Shown: positions 18,982 to 29,140, counted from the stretch's first letter. The stretch is 64,000 nucleotides of DNA from a bacterium (GCA_046757165.1 JBHHXT010000005.1:1396-65395); one strand, 5' to 3'. Made by a program: numbers and translations. The notes: generated by a model not told the origin, from the sequence alone.

Positions 18982-19764
18982 CTAATGCGTCAACGCATAA
19001 ATCACAAAATTGATCCCTAACTTGTACGCCTCCGCCGCATAGTGCGCCGGGTAGCGCGGGTCCCCGGTGTGCTCCCAGGCGTCGCCAATGTCCATGTTGC
19101 GAATGACCAGGACCATCAAGCGGTCGTTGTCGTCGAAGATTCCCATGCATCTCTGGTGGATGCCTCCCTTTTCATGCGTGCGGCCGTTCAAAACCGACCC
19201 AAGGCCGGGAATTTGTATCAGCTCATCAAAGTCATAGAAACAGTGGAAAATCGGATGGTCGAGCGCAATGTCGACGATATGACGGTCCGGAAAAACCATC
19301 CGCATTTGCTCAACGAAATTCTGCCATTCGAACGGGCCGTGGAAATCATCGACCATCAGAAACCCGCCACGCAGGAGCCACTCTGCAAGGGTGTCGGCTT
19401 CGGTCTGCGAGAGGGACATATATCCGACTTCCACCATGTAGGCGAAGGGATACTGAAAGAAATCCGTATCGAGCAAAGTCAAAGAGACCGCTTTTTCAGC
19501 CACATTGAGAGCGGTCCAGTTGCGCAACCCCTTCATGAAGTTCTCCTCGGCGGTAGGATAGTCGACAGTCCAGCTCTGCCAGCGTGGCCCAAAGTAGTTG
19601 CGAATCCGAAAGTTGACCCCGCCCGAGGTATACTCGACGCGCACAAAGGTAAATTCATCGCCGTGACTTCCCTGTGCCCTCGCCTGCTGTTGTAACATCG
19701 AGATAATCAAAGCAAGCAGCAAGAAAAAAATCGTGTGATACCGTCCGGGTTTCATAGCTGTCAA
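18982..19764 (-). CDS. DUF4159 domain protein (secreted), paralog 1
   Basis: GGFLMVDDFHGPFEWQNF...HPIFHCFYDFDEL...NMDIGDAWEH...KLGINFVIYALTH matches DUF4159. Confidence 0.75.
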   Translation of the reverse strand: MTAMKPGRYHTIFFLLLALIISMLQQQARAQGSHGDEFTFVRVEYTSGGVNFRIRNYFGPRWQSWTVDYPTAEENFMKGLRNWTALNVAEKAVSLTLLDTDFFQYPFAYMVEVGYMSLSQTEADTLAEWLLRGGFLMVDDFHGPFEWQNFVEQMRMVFPDRHIVDIALDHPIFHCFYDFDELIQIPGLGSVLNGRTHEKGGIHQRCMGIFDDNDRLMVLVIRNMDIGDAWEHTGDPRYPAHYAAEAYKLGINFVIYALTH

Positions 19765-19770
19765 AGAGGC

Positions 19771-20496
19771 TTAGTGCGTGTAAGAGTAGATCAAATAGTT
19801 GATGCCTAGTTTGAAAGACATGGTAGAAAAATCCGGTGTCGACTCCGGGAGCTCCCAACCATCACCGACGTCGTTATTAAAATTGATCAGAACCATCATG
19901 CGTCCGTTTTCATCGAAAATACCCCAGTACTCCGGCAGCACTTGCAGGTAGGGCGTCGGTGCATGGATATCGCGCAAATCAAAAAAGCAGTGGAAAATGG
20001 GGTGATCATCCTCGAGCTTCCTGAGCGTGCCGTCCGGCAGCACTTTGTGAATTTCGCTGAGCCAATTTTGCCATTCAAACGGCCAGCGGAAATCATCCAC
20101 CATCAAAAATCCGCCGCGGAGCAAATATTCTCTGAGATTGCTCACCTCCTTCTCAGATAACGTCAAATACCCGATTTCGCAGGCATAGATGAAGGGGTAT
20201 TCGAAGATTTCATCGTCATCGAAGTGCAGGACTTTGTATTCTTCCGAAATCTTAATATTGGTGGCGGCCTGAATGGCGACGTAGAGATTCTCCTCTGCTT
20301 GCGGGTAGTCGTGTGCCCACAGCGGCGCGTTGGTGGAAAAGCCGTAGCCGTACCGCCGGTTGTTGTCCGTCCAGCGGATGCGAACAAAAGTAAAGTCATC
20401 GCCCTTGGCAGGCTGCGCCATCAAGCCCTCCGCCACCTGGCCGAAAAGCAGGAAAGCAAGCCAGAAAATCAACATATTTTGTTCTGAACGCCTCAT
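19771..20496 (-). CDS. DUF4159 domain protein (secreted), paralog 2
   Basis: Tandem paralog with the same motifs (GGFLMVDDFRWPFEWQNW, HPIFHCFFDL, KLGINYLIYSYTH). The two copies are roughly half identical. Confidence 0.75.
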   Translation of the reverse strand: MRRSEQNMLIFWLAFLLFGQVAEGLMAQPAKGDDFTFVRIRWTDNNRRYGYGFSTNAPLWAHDYPQAEENLYVAIQAATNIKISEEYKVLHFDDDEIFEYPFIYACEIGYLTLSEKEVSNLREYLLRGGFLMVDDFRWPFEWQNWLSEIHKVLPDGTLRKLEDDHPIFHCFFDLRDIHAPTPYLQVLPEYWGIFDENGRMMVLINFNNDVGDGWELPESTPDFSTMSFKLGINYLIYSYTH

Positions 20497-23141
20497 CTTG
20501 CATTTGGCTCCAGGCTTGCCAATAGAATCTCCTGTGCGCGTTCGTAATCTGGCGCAATTTCCAGCGCTGCCAGGGCAGACTTTTTTGCCTCGTGTTTGCG
20601 ACCGGCTTTCAGCAGCGCGAGGGCCAGATCACAGTGCGCGCCAGCCATGTCTTGCGGTTGTGTCCGGAGATTGATTTCCAGCTCGCGGATGGCAGCTTCA
20701 TACTCACCTTTTGCCTCATAAACGCGGCCCAAACGGCGGTGAATGTCCGATTCAAACGGTGCGATGTAGAGCGCCTTGCGCAACGCTGCGATTGCGCAGT
20801 CATAATCTTTGCCCTGCTGGCACAACTCTGACAGGAATTGCAGCGTCTCGAGGTTTTTGCCGTTCAAGGAGGTCAGCACCTCGAGCTCCGCTATCGCTTT
20901 GCGGCGTTCGCCCAGCTCGACGTAAATATCTGCAAGCACCCGGTAGGGATTGTTCTTGTCAACATAGGCGGGAAAAAGCTGCTTCGCTTTCTGAAGGTAG
21001 GCAATGGCCTTTTTGTAGTCTTTCTTTTCCTTCTGATAAAGACCAGCCTTGAAATTCAAGAAGGGGTTGTTCGGTTTCTTGCTCACCTTCTTTTCCAGTG
21101 CTTCGGGGCCGATGTTAAGCTCATGTGGATCATAGGAATAGTCGACCCTGTCCAGTTTGTATTTGGTTGTCACGTAGCGTCTGAATTCCTTGTCGAACCC
21201 ATCGATATCTTTGCCAAACACCGCCTCGATGACTGCGGGGGTCTTCAAACCTGATTTGAACACCGGGAACATCTTCACCAGCTTATCATGGCCATATTGG
21301 GCCACGATGAACTCCACCAGCAGCGAGGCCTGAAAGTAAGATAACGTCACCTGCCCGGGACTGGTTGGACGATTGAAACCAGAGTCCAGATCCTTCAAAG
21401 GCAGGGTCCGGTTGTGGGTGAAGGCCATGATAAACGGCCAGTCCATATTCATGCTCCAGTATGGACGCGCTAACGAGGTTTCATAAACCGCAATCCCCTC
21501 TGCCAGCCATCTGGGAATGCGGTTGGCCGTCAACCGCAAATGCGTGACGTGCACCAGCTCGTGCCATAGCGTTTCTCCCCAGACGAAGTCTCCCTGTGAC
21601 CGCGCACGCGGTGAATCCATGGCCACAACGTTGCCAAAACAGATTCCGAGAAATGCCTGGGCACCCGGCAAGCCAAAGCAGCGCACCGCGAAATCATCGT
21701 GCGAGGGGAATATCTCCAGGATCACTTCCTCGTCTGTCTCGATGGGATATTTCTCGAGCAGCGCTCCAAAGCTCTCGTCAGCAAGCTCTGTCGCATAGGG
21801 TGCCAGCACCGGATCATCCCGCTCATGGATGCGAAGCGTCAAGTGCTTTGTCTGGTGGTTTTTGTATTGAGAAAACTCATCGAACAAGGTGAGCAGATTT
21901 CCAACATATTTGTTGTACGGATCGCGGGCAAATGATTTTTCCAGCTCTTGTCTGGCCTCAGTCTCTCGACCCAAACGACTCAAGCTGGTACCGAGGCCGG
22001 CATGAGCAGACCAGTGCTCCGGATCGAGCAAGAGAGCCTTGCGGTAATACTCGACCGATTCCTCGAACAAATACCGTTTGGCCAGAACCTCCGCAATTTG
22101 GTAGTACAGCTCGCCGTATTTCGGCGAGATCTCCAGCAAGGCGACTTCTTCTTCTTTGAACTTTTTGTCGTTGTTCAGGAAATAATAGGCCACGGCGCGC
22201 AGGGTGCGAGTCGTCAGCGAAGCGGGATTGATTTGCAGGGGTTTTTCCAGCTTCTGCAGCCCCTCCTCGAACCGCCCCAGAGTGATTTGAAGTTCGGCCA
22301 GGAAATCGTGCGCCGGCACCAGATTCGGATTGATCCGCAGCGCTTGTTCGGCTGCCTGCGTCGCCCGTTCAAAGCTCGCAGCCCGGAACGCTTTGGCCAG
22401 GCCGAGATGGGCCTCGGCGATGTGTGGATTGATCTTCAGGGCATCTTCAAAAATGGACTGTGCATCGGCGGTGTTGTACTTGGACAACATCAACTCACCC
22501 CAGGCCACAAACGCCTGCCACAAATTGGGGTCCGCTTTGGTGGCCTCGAAAAAAAGCGTGTTGGCGTCGCGGAAGCGTTCCAGGTAAACGCATGCTTGTG
22601 CCGTCAGACCAATTTCATCCGGAGATAAGTTACGACGCATGCGGTAGGTGGTGATAAAGTATTGCAGCGTTGTTCGGGCCTGCTTTCTCTCCCCCTGTTG
22701 CCATTGCATGACACCCAGCTTCAAGCGCGCGGGCAGGTAAGCTGGGTCAGCAGCGATACCTTGTTCATATCGGATTCGCGCTTCATCATAACGACCCGTG
22801 TGCTTCAGAACATCTCCCAGCAGGGTGAGTCCTTCCGGGTGGTTCGCAGAGACCGCCAGCGCCTTTTGGCACACCTTCTCTGCTCTCTCATAGTTCCCGA
22901 CCTGCAGAAAGACTGTTGCCAATCCGACATTCGCTTCCGCAGCAACAGCCTCGTTGCTGGCGAGTCTTTCGTATTGGCTAATCGCCTGTTCATACTCACC
23001 CTTGTGGAAAAGCCTGCCGGCCTTTTGAAGCGCCTCCTGGTCTGACGGCGCAAAAGGAACCGCCACGCGTATTGACGTAAGGCAATATAAAACAAAAAAT
23101 AAAGCGGGCCTTTTCAACTCGTCTCTAACTCCGGTGATCAT
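20493..23141 (-). CDS. TPR-repeat protein with embedded HExxH zinc-metallopeptidase-like (peptidase MA-like) domain
   Basis: 882 aa with many TPR units on both sides of WHELVHVTH (HExxH) and a downstream EGIAVYE. Functional analog of the BatC/BatE TPR partners. Confidence 0.6.
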   Translation of the reverse strand: MITGVRDELKRPALFFVLYCLTSIRVAVPFAPSDQEALQKAGRLFHKGEYEQAISQYERLASNEAVAAEANVGLATVFLQVGNYERAEKVCQKALAVSANHPEGLTLLGDVLKHTGRYDEARIRYEQGIAADPAYLPARLKLGVMQWQQGERKQARTTLQYFITTYRMRRNLSPDEIGLTAQACVYLERFRDANTLFFEATKADPNLWQAFVAWGELMLSKYNTADAQSIFEDALKINPHIAEAHLGLAKAFRAASFERATQAAEQALRINPNLVPAHDFLAELQITLGRFEEGLQKLEKPLQINPASLTTRTLRAVAYYFLNNDKKFKEEEVALLEISPKYGELYYQIAEVLAKRYLFEESVEYYRKALLLDPEHWSAHAGLGTSLSRLGRETEARQELEKSFARDPYNKYVGNLLTLFDEFSQYKNHQTKHLTLRIHERDDPVLAPYATELADESFGALLEKYPIETDEEVILEIFPSHDDFAVRCFGLPGAQAFLGICFGNVVAMDSPRARSQGDFVWGETLWHELVHVTHLRLTANRIPRWLAEGIAVYETSLARPYWSMNMDWPFIMAFTHNRTLPLKDLDSGFNRPTSPGQVTLSYFQASLLVEFIVAQYGHDKLVKMFPVFKSGLKTPAVIEAVFGKDIDGFDKEFRRYVTTKYKLDRVDYSYDPHELNIGPEALEKKVSKKPNNPFLNFKAGLYQKEKKDYKKAIAYLQKAKQLFPAYVDKNNPYRVLADIYVELGERRKAIAELEVLTSLNGKNLETLQFLSELCQQGKDYDCAIAALRKALYIAPFESDIHRRLGRVYEAKGEYEAAIRELEINLRTQPQDMAGAHCDLALALLKAGRKHEAKKSALAALEIAPDYERAQEILLASLEPNAR

Positions 23142-23463
23142 CTAAGAAGAACATTGCCAAGATCGCAAAAATTCCGTCGAAATGAGCGGGAAGGGCTTTC
23201 TAAATACCTACATTTCTGGACAGCAATTTGAAGAAAGCGATACGGAGCATAATGATGATACGGCCTCACTTGTAACTTGTTCCTGAATTTGATGTTAAGA
23301 ATTTTGCACTCAAAGGCAAAGGCCCGGACGTACGAAAACGCTGTGAGAAAATGTGCAACCAATCTTGGCGCCGCGTCGTCCTACCTAATGAACAAGTGAA
23401 CGGCTGTTCAGGAATCAAGCCTCAAACAACGATCACAAAACAAACATACTCTGGAAGCAGATC

Positions 23464-24411
23464 ATGAACGGACCAGCACGAAAAACCCGGCACCCCCGTC
23501 TCTCGTCCCACGTCTCACGTTTTGCCATTATTTTTGCACTGCTCCCCGTTTTCTTCCTGAATTGTGGCCGGCAAGGCCCACGCGCCTACGGAAAAAGCGG
23601 TGACGGCTGGATTGGCGTCTACGTCCAGGACATCGACAAAGAGCTGCGGAGCTATTTGAACCTGAAATCGAGCCGTGGCGTCCTCGTCAACTCTGTCGTC
23701 GCGGACAGCCCGGCCGACGACGCAGGTCTGCAAGAGGAAGATGTGATCATCCGTTTTGACGGCAAACCCGTTCGAAACACCCGCAGGCTGACACGCGCAG
23801 TTAGAAAGGCGGCTCCCGGCGAAAAAGTAAAGATGGAGATCCTTCGCGATGAAAAGAAGAAGAAGCTGACCATCAGAATCGGTGAACGACCGCAGAATTA
23901 CACCAGGGAGCGTCATCGTTGGCCCGGGGCCCCGATACCGCCACGTTCCTTCTCCTTCCATCTCAGCCGGCCCTCTCTCGGCATACACACCGCCGACTTG
24001 AATGACGACCTGGCTGAATACTTTGACATGGACGAAAGCGAAGGCGTGCTCATCCTTTCGGTTGCCGAGGACAGCCCGGCCGAGGACGCCGGACTCAAAG
24101 CCGGCGACGTCATTCTGAAACTGGCGGACGAGCGCATTCGGGACCGCGAAGATTTGCTGGAGGCGCTGGCAGAGTTGGATGAAGATGAGAAAGTCGAAAT
24201 TGAAATCAAACGAAATGGGAAAAACAAGAAGCTCAGCGTGGAAATAGATGATGAACATTCCTACCACTTTGACAGAGAAAATCTGAAAGGCCTGAAAGAT
24301 GACCTACGAGAGTGGCGGCACGATCTGAATGAGTGGCGATTTCATTTTGACCGAGACGAAATCGAAGACGAAATACGTGCTCGTCTCGAGTTGGATCCTC
24401 CCCTGAAATGA
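23464..24411 (+). CDS. Tandem PDZ-domain protein (probable lipoprotein)
   Basis: Two PDZ units (GVLVNSVVADSPADDAGLQEEDVIIRFDGKPV and GVLILSVAEDSPAEDAGLKAGDVILKLADERI). Lipobox-like LNCG after the hydrophobic N-terminus. C-terminus is charged and repetitive. Confidence 0.65.
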   Translation: MNGPARKTRHPRLSSHVSRFAIIFALLPVFFLNCGRQGPRAYGKSGDGWIGVYVQDIDKELRSYLNLKSSRGVLVNSVVADSPADDAGLQEEDVIIRFDGKPVRNTRRLTRAVRKAAPGEKVKMEILRDEKKKKLTIRIGERPQNYTRERHRWPGAPIPPRSFSFHLSRPSLGIHTADLNDDLAEYFDMDESEGVLILSVAEDSPAEDAGLKAGDVILKLADERIRDREDLLEALAELDEDEKVEIEIKRNGKNKKLSVEIDDEHSYHFDRENLKGLKDDLREWRHDLNEWRFHFDRDEIEDEIRARLELDPPLK

Positions 24412-24548
24412 TCGATGCGGAAATAGAAAAAGAACTGGAGCACCAGTTCAAGTCTTTCGAAGATGACCTCGAGCGGGAGATGGACAGGTTGCACGAAGGG
24501 CTCAAAAGGTGAACAGTCTGATTCTGGCCCGGTGAAGAAGGCCGGCGC

Positions 24549-25312
24549 TCAGCCCTGGTTGCGCATCTTCAATTTCACAATCTCCTCTTCCGAAAGGCCC
24601 GTAAGGTCTGCAATAACAGAGATTTCCATGCCTCTGGCAAGCATGTTTTGGGCAACGTCACGAATCCCTTCTCTTTTGCCCTCATCTTTCCATCCTTTTC
24701 GTTCTCTCTCAATGGCGGCTTCTAACATAGATCTCACCTCCTCTTTTGATTTGTAGATTCTTTCAAGAGCCTCATAATCAATATCGTCCCTTCGACCGGA
24801 ATGGGCCAATTGCTTGAACCAGTTCAAAAAAAGTGAAACGGCTTGCTTGTCTTCTTGATTCTCAAATAGCCTTATCAACTCTTCCTTTAACAAACCGGTT
24901 TCGTAGAAAGATTCAGCCAAAAACAAGGACGATACAATATTTCTGATTTTGAGCAACTCATCTTTGTCATATTCATTGATAGCTATCTTGAAATATCTAA
25001 AGTTCAGAGCAAAATCACCCAACAGCTTCGGCTCGTCGAGCAACTCCAGGGTGGTAGCATGAGAATACAGATATATGAGTCCTTACCTCTCACTTGCACT
25101 TTGTAGATAACGTCGCTTTCTGTCTTCTTGTAATCCTTGTCTATGAACGATTTCTGCAGCCGTTCGCAGGTATCGAAATCTAAGTCGCCGACCCACGCCT
25201 CGTTGACAAAGCTTTGAATCAGTTGCTGAAAGATGACCTTGTTTGAGAATAGGCGTCCGTATCCTCTGTCGTAGATCTCCCGCATGTCTAAATTAATGAT
25301 ATTTTGGGTCAA
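24549..25312 (-). pseudogene. Rpn/YhgA-like PD-(D/E)XK recombination-promoting nuclease (transposase_31 family), disrupted by a frameshift
   Basis: Two adjacent ORFs (102 aa then 164 aa) in different frames. The upstream piece has ...FSNKVIFQQL...SDVIYKVQVRGKDSYICI. The downstream piece, read upstream of its TTG start, gives YSHATTLELLDEPK...FRYFKIAI and the C-terminal ...ISVIADLTGLSEEEIVKL typical of Rpn proteins. Confidence 0.5.
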
Positions 25313-25523
25313 ATTTCAAGGGCAAAATTCGAAGTTTGACCAAAACAAGCAACACGGTCGTGCTGTAGCGCGTGACTCTGAAGTGTGCTTTCTGAGGGAG
25401 TTAGCCCGAACCGATTCTCACGTCGTTGGCCTGATGAGCGGCAAACTGCAAGGAATGATGGTCTGCCGTTGCGGGTTCTGGATCGAAGGACACCTATCTC
25501 CGTCGGCCTCGCCACCGGTAGTG

Positions 25524-26201
25524 TTAGCTCAATTGCCTCAGATGTTCCGGAGTAAACTGTGAAAGTGATTTCAGTTTGAGGTCTGCGATGTCGTATTTTG
25601 TCTCATGCCAAACTGCCGGCGCCGGAATGACCACCGTCTTTAGACGGGCTGCTTTTGCTGCGAGCAGCCCGTTAAACGAATCCTCAAACGCCACTGCTTC
25701 CCACGGGGCGAGATCCAGCCTGGCGAGCGTGGTGAGATAGATGGCCGGATGCGGTTTGCCGTATTGCTCGAATTCGGCCGAATGAATCACTTCAAAAGCC
25801 CCCTCGAGCTCAAGCCTCTTCAAGACAACCTGAATGATCTCGAAGTGCGTAGAAGAGGCGAGGGCAAGCCGAATGTCCCGCTCCTTGAAGAAATCCAGAA
25901 TATAGCGCACCCCCGCAATCGGTTGCCCGCGTTCCAGAATCAGCTGCTGCAGCTCAGCGAGAATCTCGGCTTCCACCTCGTCTGGCGATTTGTTTTGCCA
26001 CTTGAACTGCTCAAATCTCTGCTTCACCACTTCGTCAACGCGCAGGCCGGTGGTCTCGAAACACATCTCCTTTGTCAGGTGAACGCCGACCCGGGCAAAG
26101 GCCGTTGTCTGCGCTTCCTGCCAGAGCGGCTCCGAATCGATGAGAATGCCGTCCATGTCAAAAATCGCTGCTTTGAGCATCATCGCTTCATGATCGGTCA
26201 T
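25524..26201 (-). CDS. HAD-superfamily hydrolase (beta-phosphoglucomutase-like subfamily IA)
   Basis: Motif I AAIFDMDGILIDSE. Typical HAD spacing with a C-terminal Asp-rich motif. Confidence 0.8.
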   Translation of the reverse strand: MTDHEAMMLKAAIFDMDGILIDSEPLWQEAQTTAFARVGVHLTKEMCFETTGLRVDEVVKQRFEQFKWQNKSPDEVEAEILAELQQLILERGQPIAGVRYILDFFKERDIRLALASSTHFEIIQVVLKRLELEGAFEVIHSAEFEQYGKPHPAIYLTTLARLDLAPWEAVAFEDSFNGLLAAKAARLKTVVIPAPAVWHETKYDIADLKLKSLSQFTPEHLRQLS

Positions 26202-26311
26202 CAGTTCTGCTTCTCGTTAGATGCGGAAGTCCAAAAGAGGGCGCTGGAAGCGTCGAGCTCAAAAGAAGTTGCTCCACGCAAAGCCGTGTCATCCGCGAGT
26301 TCGGCGTTCAA

Positions 26312-27682
26312 TCAATCCGAACCGCTCTGGCGTATTAACCCGGAAGCCACCTTCGGGGTCGCCAGCAGCTCTGCAAACAACTGCCACCGTTTCGCCGGAT
26401 TGTCCGAGGTGCCGCCGTTTGATTCGACATAGTTCTTTACGATGTCCTGACCAAGATTGTAATTGATGACGTAGCTGCGGTATTTTTCGATAAAACTCAC
26501 CCGTTGCTTCGCCCGATCGGGCGGCATGAGCGCATATTTCGTCAACCACTCTGCCGCCTGCTCGGCCGAAATCTTGCCATCCAGGTATTGCCGGGCGGCC
26601 TCGTTGCCGGCGTAGCTCAAACGAGTGACCATTTCATGAATCTCGTAGTATTTCTCTGTGTTCGCGGGATCGAGACCGGCTAACTTGAACAACACCTCGC
26701 GCTCGAATTCCACGCGCTCTTCGCCCGGGAAGGCGACCTCAATGCCATAGTTGGCGCTCCCTTCTGCAATCAAGGACTGTGGACTGAAGAGCGGGTAAAC
26801 AGAAAACTCCATCCACTGCCGGCTGCGTACCATTTGGTTCTCGAGCAAAACATTGAAAACGTGATGGCCGGGATAGCCCTCGTGGCACGCAAGGTCAATC
26901 GCCCGGTCGATGTAAATTGGCAAATCTGTGTTGACCTGAATCAGGCTGAAGTGGTTGCCTTTGTACCAGTTGTAGCCAGACCAGGGTTTATGGGTGACAT
27001 ATTCCACCGTGAAATTTTCATTCGCTGGCAAGTCAATGTGTAGTTGCGTGCGCTTGCGCGCCTCAGAGATGGCCGCCTGAAAAACGGCATCCAGCTTCTC
27101 TTTTGGAATGACGAACTCCTTCTTGAAGGTCTCCAGCCGCTCTGACACGCTTCCCGCTCCCGGTAGCGCGCCATCGAGGTCGAGCAGCAGCTTTTCAAAG
27201 TGCTCGACGGAATGGTGCGGCGCAACCGCATCATAGAGCACTTGCGACTCCTGGTCGAACGTCAACTGCTTGCCGGCCAGTATGTCGATTCGGGCAGCGA
27301 CTGCAATAAGCTGTTTCTCGAGAAAGGTCCGTCGCAACCGGTGGAGCGGGATGAGATCGTCCCGCTCGAGGTGATCGAGCTGCTTTTGCAGGTCCTCGAT
27401 TTCTTTCCGCAGTCGCGTGACCGGGAATTCTTGCAGTTTTTCGTTCTCATCCGGTCGCCATTCTTCCGGACCGTAGTAGGCATCCACGTAATCGGGGTCG
27501 TAGAGACCTATTTCAAGTACCAACTGAACATAGGCTTCGGCAATGGTGTCCATACTGACTTTCTCACTTTTCGTATCGTCGGTAAACAAGCTCGTGCTGG
27601 CGGATCCGGCATTGGGGTCGCGGGTGCATGAAAAAAGCCAGAGTCCGGCCAACAGCCCGCACAGATAGCGCTGCTTCGACAT
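26312..27682 (-). CDS. DUF885-family protein (putative secreted/lipoprotein metallohydrolase)
   Basis: ACHEGYPGHHVFN matches the DUF885 HE.PGHH motif. Probable start is at the lipoprotein-like MSKQRYLCGLLAGLWLFSC rather than the ORF-track start at 27721. Confidence 0.6.
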   Translation of the reverse strand: MSKQRYLCGLLAGLWLFSCTRDPNAGSASTSLFTDDTKSEKVSMDTIAEAYVQLVLEIGLYDPDYVDAYYGPEEWRPDENEKLQEFPVTRLRKEIEDLQKQLDHLERDDLIPLHRLRRTFLEKQLIAVAARIDILAGKQLTFDQESQVLYDAVAPHHSVEHFEKLLLDLDGALPGAGSVSERLETFKKEFVIPKEKLDAVFQAAISEARKRTQLHIDLPANENFTVEYVTHKPWSGYNWYKGNHFSLIQVNTDLPIYIDRAIDLACHEGYPGHHVFNVLLENQMVRSRQWMEFSVYPLFSPQSLIAEGSANYGIEVAFPGEERVEFEREVLFKLAGLDPANTEKYYEIHEMVTRLSYAGNEAARQYLDGKISAEQAAEWLTKYALMPPDRAKQRVSFIEKYRSYVINYNLGQDIVKNYVESNGGTSDNPAKRWQLFAELLATPKVASGLIRQSGSD

Positions 27683-27792
27683 GGTCAATTCCCTTATTTT
27701 CGTGACTTTATGACTGTTCAACCGAAGGCAACAGGGCCACCGATGTTGCTCCCTAACCTGGAGTATTCATCAATTCGTCTCAAAGGCGGCAT

Positions 27793-27990
27793 GAGTCTGG
27801 AGTGAAATGCTTTAGCATTTCATGCAACAGCGTTATCCCAAAAGTCAAAAGCAAGCCATGATTTGTCATTCCTGCGAAAGCAGGTATCCCTAAAAATCAA
27901 TGGGTTATAGATGCCCGCTTTCGCGGGAATAACAAGAAGAGCAGACCTTGTGGTCAGCCCCGTGCAACGCTGAAGCGTTGCACTCCGCCC
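27793..27990. repeat. MITE-like repeat family R2, disrupted copy (core interrupted by about 130-bp hairpin-rich insertion)
   Basis: GGAGTGAAATGCTTTAGCATTTCATGCAAC ... insertion ... GTGCAACGCTGAAGCGTTGCACTCC. Compare the intact core at 30541-30587. Confidence 0.7.
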
Positions 27991-28025
27991 CCCCATCCCG
28001 GTGACACTCGATGTCCTTGCAGTGT

Positions 28026-28445
28026 TCAACCCACAAGGACCTGCTCAACAAAATCCTGGCAATACCTCTTTATCAGCTCGCGCACGCGACGGAACTCCGC
28101 CATGATCTGCTCCTCGGTTCCAGTCGCCTTTGCCGGGTCGGGAAAATCATGATGAACCTTGCGCGCGCGCACTGGAAACACCGGACACCGTTCCCTGGCG
28201 TGGTCGCAAACGGTGATCACGTAGTCGAACTCGATCTGCCGGTACTCGTCAACATGGTTCGAGGTATGGTGTGAGATGTCGATGGTGTCCTCCTGCATCA
28301 CCTGAACCGCGCGCGGATTGACGCCATGGGTTTCCACGCCGGCGCTGTAAATCTCAGCCTTGCCGGCGCAGAAATGGCGCAGGTAGCCCTCGGCGATTTG
28401 GCTGCGACATGAATTACCCGTGCACAAAACGAGTACCTTTTTCAT
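28026..28445 (-). CDS. arsC: Arsenate reductase, LMW-PTP family
   Basis: MKKVLVLCTGNSCRSQIAEGY carries the CX5R P-loop. 139 aa. Last gene of the ars cluster. Confidence 0.85.
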   Translation of the reverse strand: MKKVLVLCTGNSCRSQIAEGYLRHFCAGKAEIYSAGVETHGVNPRAVQVMQEDTIDISHHTSNHVDEYRQIEFDYVITVCDHARERCPVFPVRARKVHHDFPDPAKATGTEEQIMAEFRRVRELIKRYCQDFVEQVLVG

Positions 28446-28894
28446 ATTTTCTTCTCCATGAAGATCGCTGATTCAGGACAGAGCCGGCTGAATTGCTCAT
28501 GGTGCTTGATCGGATCCGGAGCCTCATTCCTTGGCACGGTCACAAAGCCCCGCTTGGCAAAATAGCCTTCTGCGGTCGTGGTCAACAGGTACAGGTGGTG
28601 CACCCCTTGTCGGCGGGCGCACCTCAGGGCTTCCTGGTAAAGCTGGTCGCCAATCTGCCGGTTCCGGTAGGGTTCGGCCACTGCCAGCGAACGCAAAAGA
28701 GCCACCTCTCCATATCGTTCAACGCCAACGGTCCCGACGATTTGGTCCCCGTCAACCGCAACCAGAAATCCTTCCAACCCATGGTCGATGTCATCGACGG
28801 GTAATCCGGCACGTTTGATAAGAACTGCCACATCTGCGCAGTCACCGGGTGTGGCGAGACGCAGGGTAATGGATGGCTGAACCTCATGTTTCAT
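28442..28894 (-). CDS. arsN2: GNAT N-acetyltransferase, ArsN2-like
   Basis: GNAT core DQIVGTVGVERYGEVALLRSLAVAEPYRNRQIG sits between arsM and arsC. Start taken at MKHEV; the longer tracked ORF starts at an upstream TTG. Confidence 0.7.
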   Translation of the reverse strand: MKHEVQPSITLRLATPGDCADVAVLIKRAGLPVDDIDHGLEGFLVAVDGDQIVGTVGVERYGEVALLRSLAVAEPYRNRQIGDQLYQEALRCARRQGVHHLYLLTTTAEGYFAKRGFVTVPRNEAPDPIKHHEQFSRLCPESAIFMEKKI

Positions 28895-28992
28895 GCGGGT
28901 TCTCTCCCAGTAGTCCCTGACGAGTTCTTTTCTGTCACTTTTTGGCAAGACTTTTTTGTGGCACACTTTTTTTCGAGTTTCGAGTTTAGGCG

Positions 28993-29038
28993 CTGAGTTG
29001 TAAAGTCTTGACGTTTTTGGCAAGACTTTACAACTCAG
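28993..29038. promoter_or_regulatory. Perfect 18-bp inverted repeat (stem) with 10-nt loop in arsN2-arsM spacer
   Basis: CTGAGTTGTAAAGTCTTG acgtttttgg CAAGACTTTACAACTCAG. The motif TTTTTGGCAAGACTTT also recurs at 28931. Confidence 0.7.
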
Positions 29039-29140
29039 GGCTGCTGATGACGCTATTATGTAAGTTACAGCGACAATTTTTTTCTAGACTTTTCAAAAAA
29101 CCTTTTTGGTTCCGGCTTGTCCGGGTTAGGAGTTTGCCTG

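Noticed and set aside
18779-19150. 123-aa and 136-aa ORFs (18779-19150 and 55029-55439) sharing LACSMTPA.QMT.NDERSS
   Set aside because: The shared peptide is just the translated R1 MITE. These are repeat read-throughs, not a conserved protein.
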